Source: Eledone cirrhosa | Taxonomy: Eukaryota | Assembly: GCA_964016885.1 (NCBI GenBank) | Contig: OZ024741.1 | Location: 355,322,001-355,386,000, forward strand | Direction of reading: 5' to 3' | DNA length: 64,000 nucleotides | In this document: in pieces, positions 37,275 through 50,230 of the stretch | Layout: each line of letters opens with the position of its first letter | Position numbering within the stretch: position 1 is the first letter of the stretch | Notes under the pieces: model-generated | What the model saw: only the letters and a program-made list of their open reading frames with translations | Told to the model about the DNA's origin: nothing | Databases searched by the model: none | Position numbers and translations under genes: made by a program

Positions 37275-38370
37275 ATAATTGTTTCTACTTTTTGGCACAA
37301 GGCCAGCAATTACCCAGTATAATTACTGGTACTTTATTTTATCGACCCCATAAGGATGAAAGGCAAAGTTAACCTCGGCGGGATTTGAACTCAGATCGTA
37401 AAGGGACATAACTATGCTGGAAAGCATGTCCGACCCTCTACCGATACTGCCAATTCACCAATAATGATTACTATTTTTGGTACAAAGCCAGTAATTTTAG
37501 GAAGGAGAGGAAAGCTAATTAAATCAACTCCAGTACTTTACTGATACTACATTTAATCAACCCTGCAAGGATGAAAAGCAAAGTTGACCTCAATAGGTAT
37601 TGAAACCAGAATGTAGAGGGCCATGATGAAATACTGCAATGCATTTAATCTGATGAACTAATGATTTTGGCAACCTGCTGTCTTTAGTAAATATAATAAT
37701 GATTTCTAGTATAGGCACAAGGCCAATAATTTGGGGGAGGGGAAAGTCAATTAAATCGACCCCAGTACATGATTGGTACTTTATTTTATTGACCCCAGAA
37801 AGCTGAAGCCTTTCAGCTAATACTTTATTTGTACTTGGCTGGTATTTTATTTTATCAACCCCAGAAAGATGAAAGATAAAATGGACTTTGTGGGGGTTTG
37901 AACTCAGAACCTAAAGAACTAGAACAAATACTATAAAATATTTTGGCTGGTACATTATTTCAACCCCAGTACTTGGCTGATACTTTATTCTATCAACCCC
38001 AGAAGGACGACAGGCAAAGTTGACCTCAGTGAGATCTGAAATGAAAACATGAATTGGAACAAATACCACAAAACATTTTGTCTGATACTCTAACAATTCT
38101 TCCAATCCATCGCCATTATCAGTAGTAATAATTGTTTCTACTTTTGGCACAGGCCAGCAATTTAATTTGGATAGTGGGAGAAAAAGTAAATTATATCAAC
38201 CCCAGTATCTGACTGGTACTTTATTTTATCGAGCTCAGAAAGATGAAAGGCGGGGTTGGCCTTGATGGGATTAGAAATCAGAAAGTAGAGAGTTGAAACA
38301 AATACTGCTAAACATTTTGTCCAATGCTCTAATGATTGTTAATCTATCACCCTTCTTATCAATTGTAATA
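37275..38370 (-). mobile_element. Head-to-tail array of about 6 SINE copies or fragments
   Basis: Repeated ggcacaaggcca...gtactttattttatcgacccc...gatttgaactcag units separated by (AAT)-rich spacers. Confidence 0.85.
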
Positions 38371-38404
38371 ATAAAAATTTCACTAGCAAATGAAGGCCCA
38401 CAAT

Positions 38405-38820
38405 TCATCATCATCATCATCATTTCACGTCCACTTTTCCTTACTTGCAAGGGTGGGATGGGTCCTCTTCAACACAGCATCTCTTCATTTGTCACGATCC
38501 TTCATCATCTCCTCTGTGAGCTTCAGCAATCTGAAGTCAGCTCTCACCACCTCTGCCCATCATTTTCGTGGTCTTCCTCTACTCTGTTTTCCTTCCACTG
38601 TGATTTCTTGGCACTTCTTTACCCAGCGGTCATTCTCCATGCACGTCACATGACCATACCAATGCAGACTTCTCTCCTGCACACTACGGTTTATTCTTCT
38701 TATACACAGTTTCATTCTCAACTCATCCACGCTTGGTCATTCACGCACATTGACATTATACATACATCAGAGCGTGCTTGCTTCATTTCTCTCCAGCCTT
38801 CGCATATCCTCTGCAGTAGC
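38405..38820 (-). mobile_element. RTE LINE 3' fragment
   Basis: (CAT)n tail. The minus strand encodes LERNEA..VQERSLHWYGHV..GRPRKW. Confidence 0.75.
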
Positions 38821-39281
38821 TGAATTATGAACATGATAAAAGCATGGAATATCAGGAAAGCTAAGATCAAATAACTTTAATGTAACTCTCAGGGTGATTC
38901 AGCACAACATGCTGTGTAACAAGGATGGCACTTCTCAGGTAAAGGTCATCTGATGGACTTCCAAACATTCACAAGACATAAGTCAACCTGAAATTATGGT
39001 AAATGATACTTGTCCAAGATTCAATAGTTGGGATGGTGATGGTGGTGGTGGTGATGAGGTTGTGAGGTGATGGAGGTAGAGGATGTGGTGGGGGTGTGAA
39101 GGGATAGGTGATGGAAGTGATGGAGTATTGGAGAAGGTAATGGAAGGTTTGGGGGTAATTTTAGAAGTGGCCGTGGTGGTAGTGATGGTGATAAGTGATT
39201 AGCTGAAGCAGCCCCTCCCCCAAAAAATAAAACAAAAAAACAACAACAAAAACAAAAAAACAAGAAGATATCAGGAATTAC

Positions 39282-39410
39282 CAAAGTCACACAGTTCTCC
39301 TGTGTAGCCTATATGACAGTAGCAGATGAATTTGGTTCCATTACCAACCTGGTCGCAGCGGGCTGCATTCTTGCAGGGGGCACTACAACATGGGTTTCTT
39401 GTAGATATAG
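39282..39410 (-). CDS. Multi-EGF protein, exon 2 (SISTRNPCCSAPCKNAARC...ELCDF), 1 EGF
   Basis: Acceptor ctatttcag|CT, donor TTT G|gtaatt. 129 nt, phase 1 to 1. Confidence 0.88.
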
Positions 39411-39459
39411 CTGAAATAGCAACAATACAACATTCATATATAATAATAATAATAATAAT

Positions 39460-42400
39460 TCTTTCTTTATTAACCACAAGGGTTTACATAAAGTAGACAT
39501 TAAGGACAGTACAGGACAATACAGGACGGTACAAATGGGCATTTCTGTGAGTAAAAAAAAACAGGATGTAATAAAAAAAATAACAATGAAAAATTCCCCA
39601 ATAGAGGGGAGACTTCCGAGGGACATTTGTGGAGAAAGCCCATTAAAAGGCCACAGTGACCCTGACCACCAGGGCAAGTGCCCTCTCCCAGTTTTCCACC
39701 TTTAATTTACAGACACATACTCAGAGTAGGCCGATTCACTCAGGCCATACATGCTTCTCTCACCCATCTTTCAACAAAATGCTGGGAAGAGAGCACTTCC
39801 CTCTCTACCCTGATTTTCCTTTTCAAATGAAATTTGAAAAGGTAAATCAGGGCATCACCGAAGAGGTAAGTGCTCGTCTTCAGCCCTTTCAAACGTGTCC
39901 ACCAGACAGATAAAAACTGCCTGCCCTTCCCGGCTAAAGGAAGAGGGCGGGGCAATCCTCACGATGGACTCAGCTGATAGCTGGATCCGTCCTACATGTG
40001 ACAGCAGGTGTTCGACATAAACCCACAAGTCAGCAATGCTTGGACACTGAACGAGTGCATGCAGGACGGTTTCGTCGCCCTGCGCGCATCTCGGACATGC
40101 CCGGCTGACGGCACCTCCATGCCTGTAGAGTTTATCCAGAAATGGCAAAGCTCCTCGGTAGCACAGCCAGGCCAGGGATTTCTGGTAATTGTCCATAGGC
40201 CCCGGCCCGAAAGTCCTTCCGAAGAGATTGGCTAGTTGATTTTCGTCGACGCCTAGAGTTTCTCCAAGTACGTTGTCGCTCTTCCCCTCCACTAATCCTC
40301 TATAGAACGCCAAGGTGGAGTTTCCACCGATCACATTGCCCGATTGGTCGAGGGCTGTGAGCGCCTGAAGACATTCCAGTCTCCAAGCGCTCCCTCTTGG
40401 TCTTCGCTTGACCAGGACTGCAGCTCCGTCAAGGAGACGAGCTGGGGAAAGACGTGTCTAGCAAACGGCGACCACACCTGATCACCGTCGAGGAAGAGGT
40501 GGAGATGTCGTAGCCTGAGCGTGTGTCTGCGCATCATCAGCCACGACATGCCCAGCCCTCCACGTAGTGGGTGTTGACAGCAGATGGACCGCCTGACCAT
40601 CGGAGCGCGTCCCTTCCACAAAAAGTGAAATAGCAAACGCTCCAGCACAGTCAGGCGGGGCGTAGGACAAAGCACGACGGTCAGGCGGTAGTAGATGACG
40701 GACGCGATGTACGCGTTAGCCACCTCCGCTTGACCTTTCGAGGATAGCTTCCTCTCCGCCCATTTCTGGGTGAGAGAAGCCACCCTGCTCGTCACCTCGT
40801 CCCAGTTTTTGTCCGTCTGGAGGTCCGGACCGAACCAGACCCCTAGCAATTTAACCGGTCCGTCCGTCCAACGCCTGACGACGCTGTTGGACGGCATGGA
40901 CCTGCCTCTCCAGGTGCCGAGCTGCAGGCCCACTGACTTTTCCTGGTTGATCATTGCTCCTGTCACCGCTTCGTATTCTCTTAGTGTAGTGCCGATCGAC
41001 TCGATGTGTTTGGCGTTCAACACCACTACGGTGACATCGTCCGCATATGCTGACACAGATCTTCCGCATCCTAGTTCGCGCGAGACCCACTCAACGTCTC
41101 CAGTTTGTGCAGTAATGGCTCAAGAGTCAATACGTACAAGAGGGACGAGAGGGGACATCCTTGGCGGACCGAGCGCATGATGTTGAACGGTTCCAAAAGG
41201 TGACCGTTCACTCTCACCACAGAGCAGATGTCGCTGTGCATGGCAGCGATCCAGCCTCTGAAGACGGGCCCAAAGCCAGCCACCCTCAGGACTGCCGCTA
41301 GGTAACGATGGTAGACCCTATCGAAAACTTTCGACTGATCTAAATTGATCAAGGACCCACCCGTGCCAGGTTCCCTAGCTACCCTCTCTACGCTGCATCG
41401 CATGAGGTGGAGGTTGTCGTGGATGGATCTGTCGGGAATGGTGCACGTCTGTGCCTCTCCCACCAGACCACCAACGACAAGCGCCAACCTCTTTGCTAGC
41501 ACCTTGGCCAAAATCTTGAACTCTGTGTTTAGCAGAGTTATGGGCCTGAAATTATCTATGTTATCCCCCTTGTTCGGACCCTTTCTCAGCAGCGCCACCG
41601 CTCCTCGGCTCACAGAGCTGGGAGTCCTCCCGTTCTGTTGCCAGTTGCAGTAGACGTCCACCAAGAGGCCACCGAACAAGTCTGGCATCTGTATGTAAAG
41701 TTCATAGGGCAGACCATCCAAACCAGGCGATTTACCCCTTGTGCAGCCAGTCATTGCCTCCCGTACTTCAGCGGCTGTTATCGGCTTTTCGCAACACTCC
41801 GCCTCAGTGGACGAGAGCCACGGCAGTCCGTCGAGGTAGACACTAAAGTCCATCCCTCGATCCGGCCCGCCGCTGCCCCCGAACAGCTGTGCGAATTGTC
41901 GCTGAAAAGCTTCACACATTTGCCCGGGATCGAGTAGCATGCGCTAATCGTGGTCCACCAAAGACCGGATAGTGGCTTTGTTGCCACGACGCGCTTCCGC
42001 CACTCGGGCCCATTGAACGGCTTTCGTCCCCTCGTGTCTGAGAGCACGCACCCTAGCTCTGACAACGCAGCCTTCGTGCTTTGCATTGAAGAATTGGTCA
42101 AGAGCCAATTTCGCCGCAAGTACGTCGGTCGCGATGCTTTTGCTAAGCGCCTCGTCTAATTTTCTAACTAGTTCTCCCTCTGCTCTATTTTTCTCTATTG
42201 CTAAAGCCGTACTAAACCTATTGGACTCTATTCTAATCGCTCTTTTCAGAGCAAACCACCACTTGTTGTTGACGATGGCCCCCGTCAACGACCGCTTAAC
42301 TAATTCGCTAATCCGGTCTCTGTAGGCCTTGCGCGCTGGTAAGGACGCGTTTAGCTTCCAGTAGCCGGGTCCTCGTCTATGAAGCCTATCTAAGTGAAGC

Positions 42401-45277
42401 ACACAGATCACGAATTTGTGGTCCGTGTAGCTGACTATCTTGAATTGTGGACAGCCTATGCTAGACCTATCTATTTCCCTACAAAATACTCTATCTAGAT
42501 ATGATCGGGATGAGCCTATGAAATTTGTCCAAGTCCACATTGGCACATTCGGGAACCTCAATCGGTACCTGTCAGACAGTTCAAAACGCCTGAGCAGGTT
42601 GGTGAGGCTCTTGCACCCTCCTTCTCTATCCGCTGATCCCACACAGTCCCAGCTTGCATGTAAGATCCCGTTCCAGTCGCCCACTAACACTAAAGAGCGG
42701 TACGTTCCAAGAAAGTTCTCCAGACGCCGGAAGAAATCAGGCCGCCCTGCTCCTGTCGGGGCATAGACGGCCACTAGCCTGAAAGCTTGCCCGTCTCCGC
42801 TGGTCACGTCCAGCACCACCAACTTCCCTCTGGGTCCAGGAAGATGGCCCGTATGGCGAGATCCAAACCTCTTCGAAAAAGCACAGCAACTCCTCCCCCC
42901 GATCCAGGGCGACTGGGAGATGCGTACACATCGTAGCCGCCGAAGATCGGTGCGAAGGCCCGTGCTTCGGAGATTCTGGTCTCGCTGATGGCCACTACAT
43001 CTATGTTTAGTGACCTGAGGTCATTGAGCAGGTGGCCCTGTTTCCATGACGACCCCAAGCCACGCGCATTTATGCTGCCTATTCTGAGTGAGGTCATGTT
43101 GAAATGGAGTGGAAAAGATGGGAAAGACCACTTATCTTACTTCTCGTAGAGGAAGGATGGTTTGTCCATCCTTTTCACTGCTTGTGGCCTCCTCCGGAAG
43201 GATGTCCTTATAAATCCTCCTGGAGAGTGCTTGTCGGAAGTCTCCGATGTCTTTGGGGAATTTTTGTTTTAGTGTCGTGTACGTTTTCTGAGTGATGCGA
43301 GTGATTTGTATGTGTGGAGGTGGTGTGAACTTTTGGGTTGTTGTGTAGTCTTTTTCTGTGATGCTGGTTTTGTGTTGGATGTAGTGTAATAATTGGTTGT
43401 TCAAATTTATTGCTGTGTAGTGTGTATCGTTTTGGTTGTTTTGTTTTGTTTGCGTTTGTTGTGGGGTTTTTTCTGTTTCGCTTTTTGGTGACTTTTATGG
43501 TGTTGGGGTTAATGATGGTGATGGTGTTGCTGTTTGTGGTGATGGGGTTGGTGATGCTGGTGTGGGTGGTGGCATAGCTGTCCTAACTTTTTTGTTTCCC
43601 TCTGTATTTTGTTTCTGGAGGGGGAAGGAAGACGATTTTTTTCTTTTTTGGTTTCTTTTTCTTTTTTTCTTTTTTCCTGATACCGTTTCCCACTCCTCGT
43701 CGTCACAATCTGTCTCCAGTTACGATAGGTCGGGGAGTGGAAAATCCTCCACAGGCGTTGGATTTGGTTGTGGCGTGGTGGATGGTGTAGGCGCTGGTGC
43801 TAGTTCTGGCGCGTTGGGTGGTGGTGGTGTTGGTTTTGCTACTGTTGCTGGGGTTGTTGCTGTTACAGTTGCTTCTGTTGTTGCTGCTACAGTTGTTGCT
43901 GCTACAGTTGTTGCTGCCATTTATGCTGCTGGTGGTGTTGATGGTTGAGTCACTGGGGTGGGTAAGAGAGGTGGCCTCAACCTTTTAGCCTGAGGGCAGA
44001 AAGCCCTTAGGTGGGTTCCTTCACCACAAACGACACACCTAGGCCTTCTGCCCTCGACGATTACGGTGAGGTGGTTGTCGTCAGTGAGGTCTATTACCTC
44101 TGGGATCTCCTCAATGCTTTTTTGGTCCGCTTGGATCAGGAGCTCCATCCCAGATCCGGACCAGTTCTCCTGCTTTTCTTTTGCTATTTCGATTATCTTG
44201 GTGTTGGCCTCGATACCGGCGAGGACGGCAGCCATTAGCCAGGGAATTTCGATGGCCGGTGGAACGTGGGTCACCCTCATCTTCACGAGTCTCTGGCCAC
44301 AATAGCTTGGGACGAGTGTGAAGTTGTCACTTCTCAATGGGGTCATGGAGCGTTCTCTGTCCTCCTGTGGTGTTCCAAAGAACACGTCCACGGTTCCATA
44401 TTTTTGTCCACGTCTGATGTGGGTCTCTTTTGCCCACACATGTCCCAAAGCTTTTTGGATTTGGGACTCGGATGCCCGTTCCACTCGGCGCGATTTTATG
44501 TTAATCGTCCGATAAGACACGGTGCATAGGCGCCGATGCTCCATTTTATTAGGTGGGGTGGGGGTGCGGGGTGAGGCTGACCCTGTACCCATCTTTCTTT
44601 ACCATTCTTTTGGCTTCTTCTAATTCCTCCTGAGTTACCTGGATTGCTTCGCACTCTTTTTGCTACTCTGGCAAAAGACAGGGTGGTTTTCTTATTTTCA
44701 TTGTTGTTGCTGTTGTTGTTATCGTTATTTTCGTTATTGTTAATTTTAGTTTCAGTTGTGGTGGTGGTGGCGTCAGTGGTGTTTGGTGTGGAAGAGTTCA
44801 TTTTGGGTAAATCCATTTCGATGTCACGAGATAATTTATTTATTTCTTTTGTTTCTGTTGTCACTGTGGTGGTGGTGGTGGATGCGGCTTCAACACCTGC
44901 AGTCATTGGTAATGGCGGGAAATGAATATCTGCATGAGACACATTTAAAATATTGCTACTGCTTATATTTTTAGTGTTGGCAAACGTAGTAATATTTACA
45001 ATGGTGGTGTCGGTGTGAGGTGTTAGTTTGTGAGGAAGGTGTGACGCTGAGTCGTCCATGATTTTTTTTCAAAGAAAAATGTTTTGTTTGATAATTATAA
45101 AAGTTTAAATTTTGGGCTCAAGGCCCCAATCTTTTTGAGTGTCCTTTTCAGAAAACAATGTATGTGCACTTATATACAGTTAACAATAAAAATTTTCCAT
45201 AAATGGCAATTTTAAACAACTGAAAATAACAAAACTTTGCGGAGCTCACGATAATACGATTTACTACGTAGGTCGCC
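39460..45277 (-). mobile_element. Full-length L1/Tx1-clade LINE (ORF1 about 45059-43130, ORF2 43097-39740), inactivated by stops and frameshifts
   Basis: ORF1 has a CCHC knuckle CVVCGEGTHLRAFC. ORF2 has APE (SINARGL, ISET, VYAP, GDWN, YLDRV, TDH), RT (PGLDGLP, NFRPITLLN, VRQGCPLS, SAYADDV) and a C-terminal CPRC..ETVLHALVQC. AATAAA precedes the (TTA)n tail. (TAA)n at both ends. Confidence 0.92.
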
Positions 45278-45311
<34 letters not shown>

Positions 45312-48300
45312 TTAATGGAAATGGAGAGTGGAGTAGGCCAGGCAAACGAGCCAGTGGGAGATGAAGGTGAAGAGGTTGAGAGAACGGAGGAAGCATCCGA
45401 AGCAGACAATGATCTGAATGCTGAAATAAATAATACCTGGAACAAAGATACGGCCATTGAGGAAATGAATGCTGACGGGCTAGGACAAGATTTGGTTGAT
45501 ATCCTAAACTTAGTGGTAGATGAAATGAACAATGATAGTGGGAAACCTATGAACCTAAGATTTTTAGACAGGAAAAAGTTAAAAGAAACAACAGCTAAGG
45601 TAAACAAAGTCATCACATACCTTGAGCGAGGAACCTTCACCAGTGCAACAATATCCTCAAAGCAACAGCAAATGAGGAAATTACTTGGCATAAAAGCGAG
45701 AGGAAACAACAAACAAGAAAGATCAGAACCTTGGTGGAAGAAACGACTGAATGGTCAAATCAGGGAAATGAGAAATGACAGTGGAAAGCTTGAGTCCCTA
45801 CTGAATGGGACACTACAAAACTGACACTAAAAATAGACAGGAAATAAAGTACAAAACTAGGAGGAAAAAGCTAAATATTATCATAGAGGAACTGAAGCAA
45901 CGCATTGTAACAAAGAGTGCAAAGATTAGGCGATATGAGAGCAGAGTCAGTCAGTATAGATAGAACTGCATGTTGTTTGGACAACTTGATCCCTGAGGCG
46001 GAACAAACTAAGACATTCTGGAGAGGAATATGGGAGCAGGATGTTAAACATAATGATCAGGCAGTGTGGATTGAGACAGTACAAAAGGAGATTAGTGAAC
46101 AGGCACACCAACAAACTGATTTGAGTATCACAGTTGAAACTCTTAAGGGGCAGGCCAGAAAACTAACCAACTGGAAATCACCAGGCCCAGATTGTGTGCA
46201 GGGGTATTGGATTAAAAATATAACATCCCTCCACCCGAAACTGACAACCATGTTCAATGACTGCTTGATGTCAGGTGAGGTACCAGAGTGGTTGACAAAA
46301 GGTACCGCAGTTCTGGTAATGAAAGACCGAACCAAGGGTAATGATGTTACCACCTATAGACTTATCACATGTCTGTCCATAATGTGGAAACTGTTAACAA
46401 GCATTGTGTCTGAGGAAATCTACCATCACCTCATAAACAACTTGTTACCTGACGAACAGAAATGATGCCGAAAGAAGTCCCGTGGTACAAAGGACTAGTT
46501 ACTTATTGATAAGATGGTAATGAGGAATTGCAGGAGGAGACACACTGGTCTTGCCATGGGATGGATAGACTACAAAAAAGCATTCGACATGGTACCTCAT
46601 TCTTGGATAACCAAAAGCCTAAAGATCTTCAGGGTGGCAGATAACATCAAACAGTTGTTGAGCAAAAGTATGAAGTCTTGGAAAACAGAGTTAACATCGG
46701 GCGGCGAATCCTTGGGAGGCGTGAAGATCAAGAGAGGTATCTTCCAGGGAGATAGTTTGTCCCCTCTGTTGTTTGTCCTTGCTCTGATCCCCTGACCATT
46801 ATACTGCGAAAAGTGAGAGCAGGATACAAGTTGGGAAAAGGAGAGCTTACCATCAATCACTTCCTCTTCATGGACAATCTTAAGCTCTTCGGGAAGAGTG
46901 AGAAGGAGTTGGATGTGCTTGTTGACACTGTCCGTATTTTCAGCAATGATATATGTATGCAATTTGGTATTAGTAAGTGTGGAGTCCTTGTGATGAAGTG
47001 GGGTAAATTGAGCAGAAGCAACGGAATCCAGCTACCAACAGGTGAGATGATAAAGGAAATTGATACTGAAGATGTATACAAATATTTAGGTGTTCTGGAG
47101 GCTGATGACATCAAGAACAAAAAAATGAAGGAATTGATAAGATCTGAATACATTCGGAGAGTAAGGAGCGTATTAAAGTCACATCTGAACAGTAGGAATG
47201 CCTTAAGTGCAGTAAATTTCCGAGCTGTGTCTATTATTAGGTACAGTGCGGGAATTCTGAGATGGAATGTTGCTGAACAAAAAGAAATGGATAGGAAGAC
47301 TAGGAAGCTATTGACTATCTACAACATGTTCCACAAGAGGAGTGATGTCGATAGACTCTACTTAAGGAGATCTGAAGGTGGAAGAGGTCTTATCAGCATA
47401 GAGGACTGTGTTCAGATGGAGAAAAACAACCTACACAAATACGTGACTGATAGTAGGGAGCCAATGCTCAGAATTGTACTGAAGGAGAGGACAATAGACC
47501 AGGGAATGTCCAAGGAGGAAATAACAACAAGGAGAAAGAGCAACCGTCATGAAAAATCCCTTCATAGTACCTTCTTTGAGAAAACTGAATTTAGAGATCC
47601 ACAGAGATGGAACTGGTTGAAAAGAGGAGACCTTAAAAAGGCTACAGAAGGAATGCTAATGGCTGCGCAAGAGCAGGCCCTCAAAACGAAGGGCTGAAAC
47701 ACCATATTTACAAGGAGGAGGCTAGTCCACTGTGTAGGATCTGTGGAGAGAGAGAAGAGACTGTGGCTCACATTGTATCTGAGTGTAAACACCCAGCCCA
47801 GACTCACTATAAAGGCTGGAGACATGATGTGATGGGCAGGGTGATCCACTGGTACCTATGCAAAGTAAACAATTTACCACATTCTGAGAAGTGGTATGAG
47901 CATAAGCCAGAGTTGGTGATAGAAAACGATCAGGTGAAGGTGCTGTGGGATTTTAGGATACAGACGGACAAGAAACTGGAACACAATAGACCTGACCTGG
48001 TAGTTTTGGACAAGGGAAAAAGATCGTGCCTGATTGTGGATGTAGCCTGCCCATTCAACACGAGAGTGCAAGAGAAGGAGAGGGAGAAAATTAACCGATA
48101 CCAGGACTTAAAGTGGGAGGTAAAAAGGATTTGGAACTGCCATGAGGTCAAAGTGGTCCCACTTGTCATAGGCACACTAGGTACTATCTCAAAGAGTTTC
48201 CAAGGAGGTTAAAGAAAATTGGTCCTGCCCCGCTTTTTGGAACACTTCAAAAGGCATGCTTGCTGGGAACAGCAAGAACCCTCCAATACGTCCTGAATAT

Positions 48301-48378
48301 CTGAGGCTGCAGGTAATGGCTTGATTTTTCAACAAACTTTCCAGTTAAATAACATCAATGACTGAGACTCAAAAAACA
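45312..48378 (+). mobile_element. R4/Dong-like non-LTR retrotransposon (RT plus restriction-like endonuclease), 5'-truncated, pseudogenised
   Basis: Motifs NWKSPGPD, WIDYKKAFDMVPH, GIFQGDSLSPLLF, HFLFMDNLKL, YKYLG, CRICG..ETVAHIVSEC, RHD, LWDF and RPDLVV..IVDVACP..EKINRYQDL. (AAT)n on both sides. Confidence 0.9.
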
Positions 48379-48394
48379 ATAATAATAATAATAA

Positions 48395-48610
48395 TGGTTT
48401 CTTATATAGGCACAAGGCCAGTAATTTGGGGGGAGGGGAAAGTCGATTAAATCGACCCCAGTGCATGACTGGTACTTTATTTTATCGACCCCACAGGATA
48501 AAAGGCAAAGCTAACCTCGGCGGGATTTGAACTCTGATGGTAAATGGCCGTAACTCTATGCTACAAAGCATGGCGTCCGACCCTCTACTGATACTGCCAA
48601 TCCACCGCCC
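48395..48610 (-). mobile_element. Full-length tRNA-derived SINE in (TTA)n
   Basis: 5' GGGCGGTGGATTGGCAGTATCAG (A box), GAGTTCAAATCC (B box), core, and 3' AAGAAACCATTATTA. Confidence 0.85.
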
Positions 48611-48631
48611 TAATAATGATAATAATAATAA

Positions 48632-49050
48632 TGCTTTCTTTATTATTGGCTAGAAAGGCTGAACATAGAAGACAATACAAAGATGAGGACAGTGGGGTTT
48701 TACATAAGATGGTGTAAAAGATAACAAAAACAATTAACAAAAAAATATAAACAACACAATTCCCCAATAGGTTAAGAACCACCCAGGTGCGAGTCATGAT
48801 CCCCACCAATCCTAAACCACCCGACGTTGCGAGAGAACATGGGGAAGGCACTTTTCTCCTGTTCAACTCAACCAGCCTAGAGGTGCATGCTCTGAGAAGG
48901 CTCATTCACATGGGCCATTCTCGCAGCATTCACCCACCTTTTAGCAAATGTACTGGGGCGCAGCACGTCCCTCTCACCTCTCCCCCTCACCTTCCTTTCC
49001 AAGTGAAACTTGAAAAAATTGATGAGGGATTGGCCGAACTCATGGTTTTT
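48632..49050 (-). mobile_element. 3' fragment of a related L1/Tx1 family
   Basis: AATAAAGAAAGC-(ATT)n end like 39460. The sequence tttccaagtgaaacttgaaaaa resembles the ORF2 C-terminus at about 39820. Confidence 0.6.
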
Positions 49051-49149
49051 GAAACTTTGGATGTTCTAAAAATTTCTCCAGTGATATCAAACTTCCTGAA
49101 ATATAACATGTTTGTATGGAACACAAACCTATCATTGTCACACAGTGGT

Positions 49150-49600
49150 GGAACTATATATTCCAGCAGCATAAGTATTAACCATGGTATTTTTTAAGGT
49201 GATTCATTTTCTCCACTGATATTTTGCATTGCACACACACAGCTGTCCAACACTCAACAAAACAAAATATGGTTACAAAATAGACAGCAAAGCCAGAAAT
49301 CACCTATTTTATATGGATGACTTAAAACTGTATGCTAAAAATGACAGTGAATTGGAAGGACTGTTGAAAACAGTTAAGGTGTTTAGCAACGATGTAGTGA
49401 TGGAATTTGAATTGGAAAAATCCACCAAAGCAACATTCAAGAAAGTCAGAATGACAAGCACAAACTCAATAGAAATAGATGTGAATACAATATTTAAGGA
49501 ACTAGAACAGCAACAAGCCTACAGATATTTAGGGATCAATGAAGATCAAGGTATTCATCACACCATTATGAAAGAGAGAATTGGGAAGGAATACTACCAT
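49150..49600 (+). pseudogene. Second R4/Dong-like RT fragment
   Basis: Reads GIF.GDSFSPLIF..NHLFYMDDLKLYAK..YRYLGI. Confidence 0.75.
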
Positions 49601-50027
49601 AGTACGTACTGTCTTGAAATTTCTTTTATTTGCCACAAGGGCAATAGATGAGGGAGACATAACAAAGATAAGTTACATCATGAATGTTGGGGTATACATC
49701 ATGCATAAAGTATTTATATGGTTCCATAACTTCATCAAAAAGAAAATCAAATGTTCATAAGTACCCTAGTCAGCCATTCATTTCTGCATTGGGAAAACAA
49801 TTAACTGCAGGTATTTTTTGAAAAGAAAATTCTTTAAATTTGATCTGAAAGCTGACACAGAGGAAGTTCATTAATTACATTTTTTTAACAGTTTTTTATA
49901 TTTGCAAACCTGAAAACATGACATGCAGTGGGATCAAACCAGGAACCATTGATCAGTTCAAACACACATACAAAGAAAAAAAAAATAAAAAATTACACTA
50001 CCAAAGAAGAAACAAACAATTTCTTAC

Positions 50028-50136
50028 ATTCAGATGAGGAATCAGATTGTCTTCGGATTCTTACTACAGAATATTCTCCATGTTCTGGTATTTCTTGAGA
50101 TGAACCTGCCAAGACAATAGTAAATATGAAAGCCAT
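50028..50136 (-). CDS. Multi-EGF protein, putative first coding exon (MAFIFTIVLAGSSQEIPEHGEYSVVRIRRQSDSSSE): signal peptide and RIRR site
   Basis: Hydrophobic N-terminus and RxRR motif. Donor GAA T|gtaag is phase 1 and joins exon 2 in frame. The true start could lie in a further upstream exon. Confidence 0.65.
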
Positions 50137-50220
50137 TGCCACATCATGGCTAGTTGGCCATTTGTTAGTAGACAAGTTTCCCTTATCCTTGTGTTGACAA
50201 AGAGAGCTAAAGTCAAAAGC

Positions 50221-50230
50221 TATTTATATA
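50221..50230 (-). promoter_or_regulatory. Candidate TATA box (TATATAAATA) of the EGF gene
   Basis: About 33 nt upstream of an Inr-like TCAAC (50197-50193) and about 90 nt upstream of the ATG. It lies in a locally duplicated motif. Confidence 0.4.
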
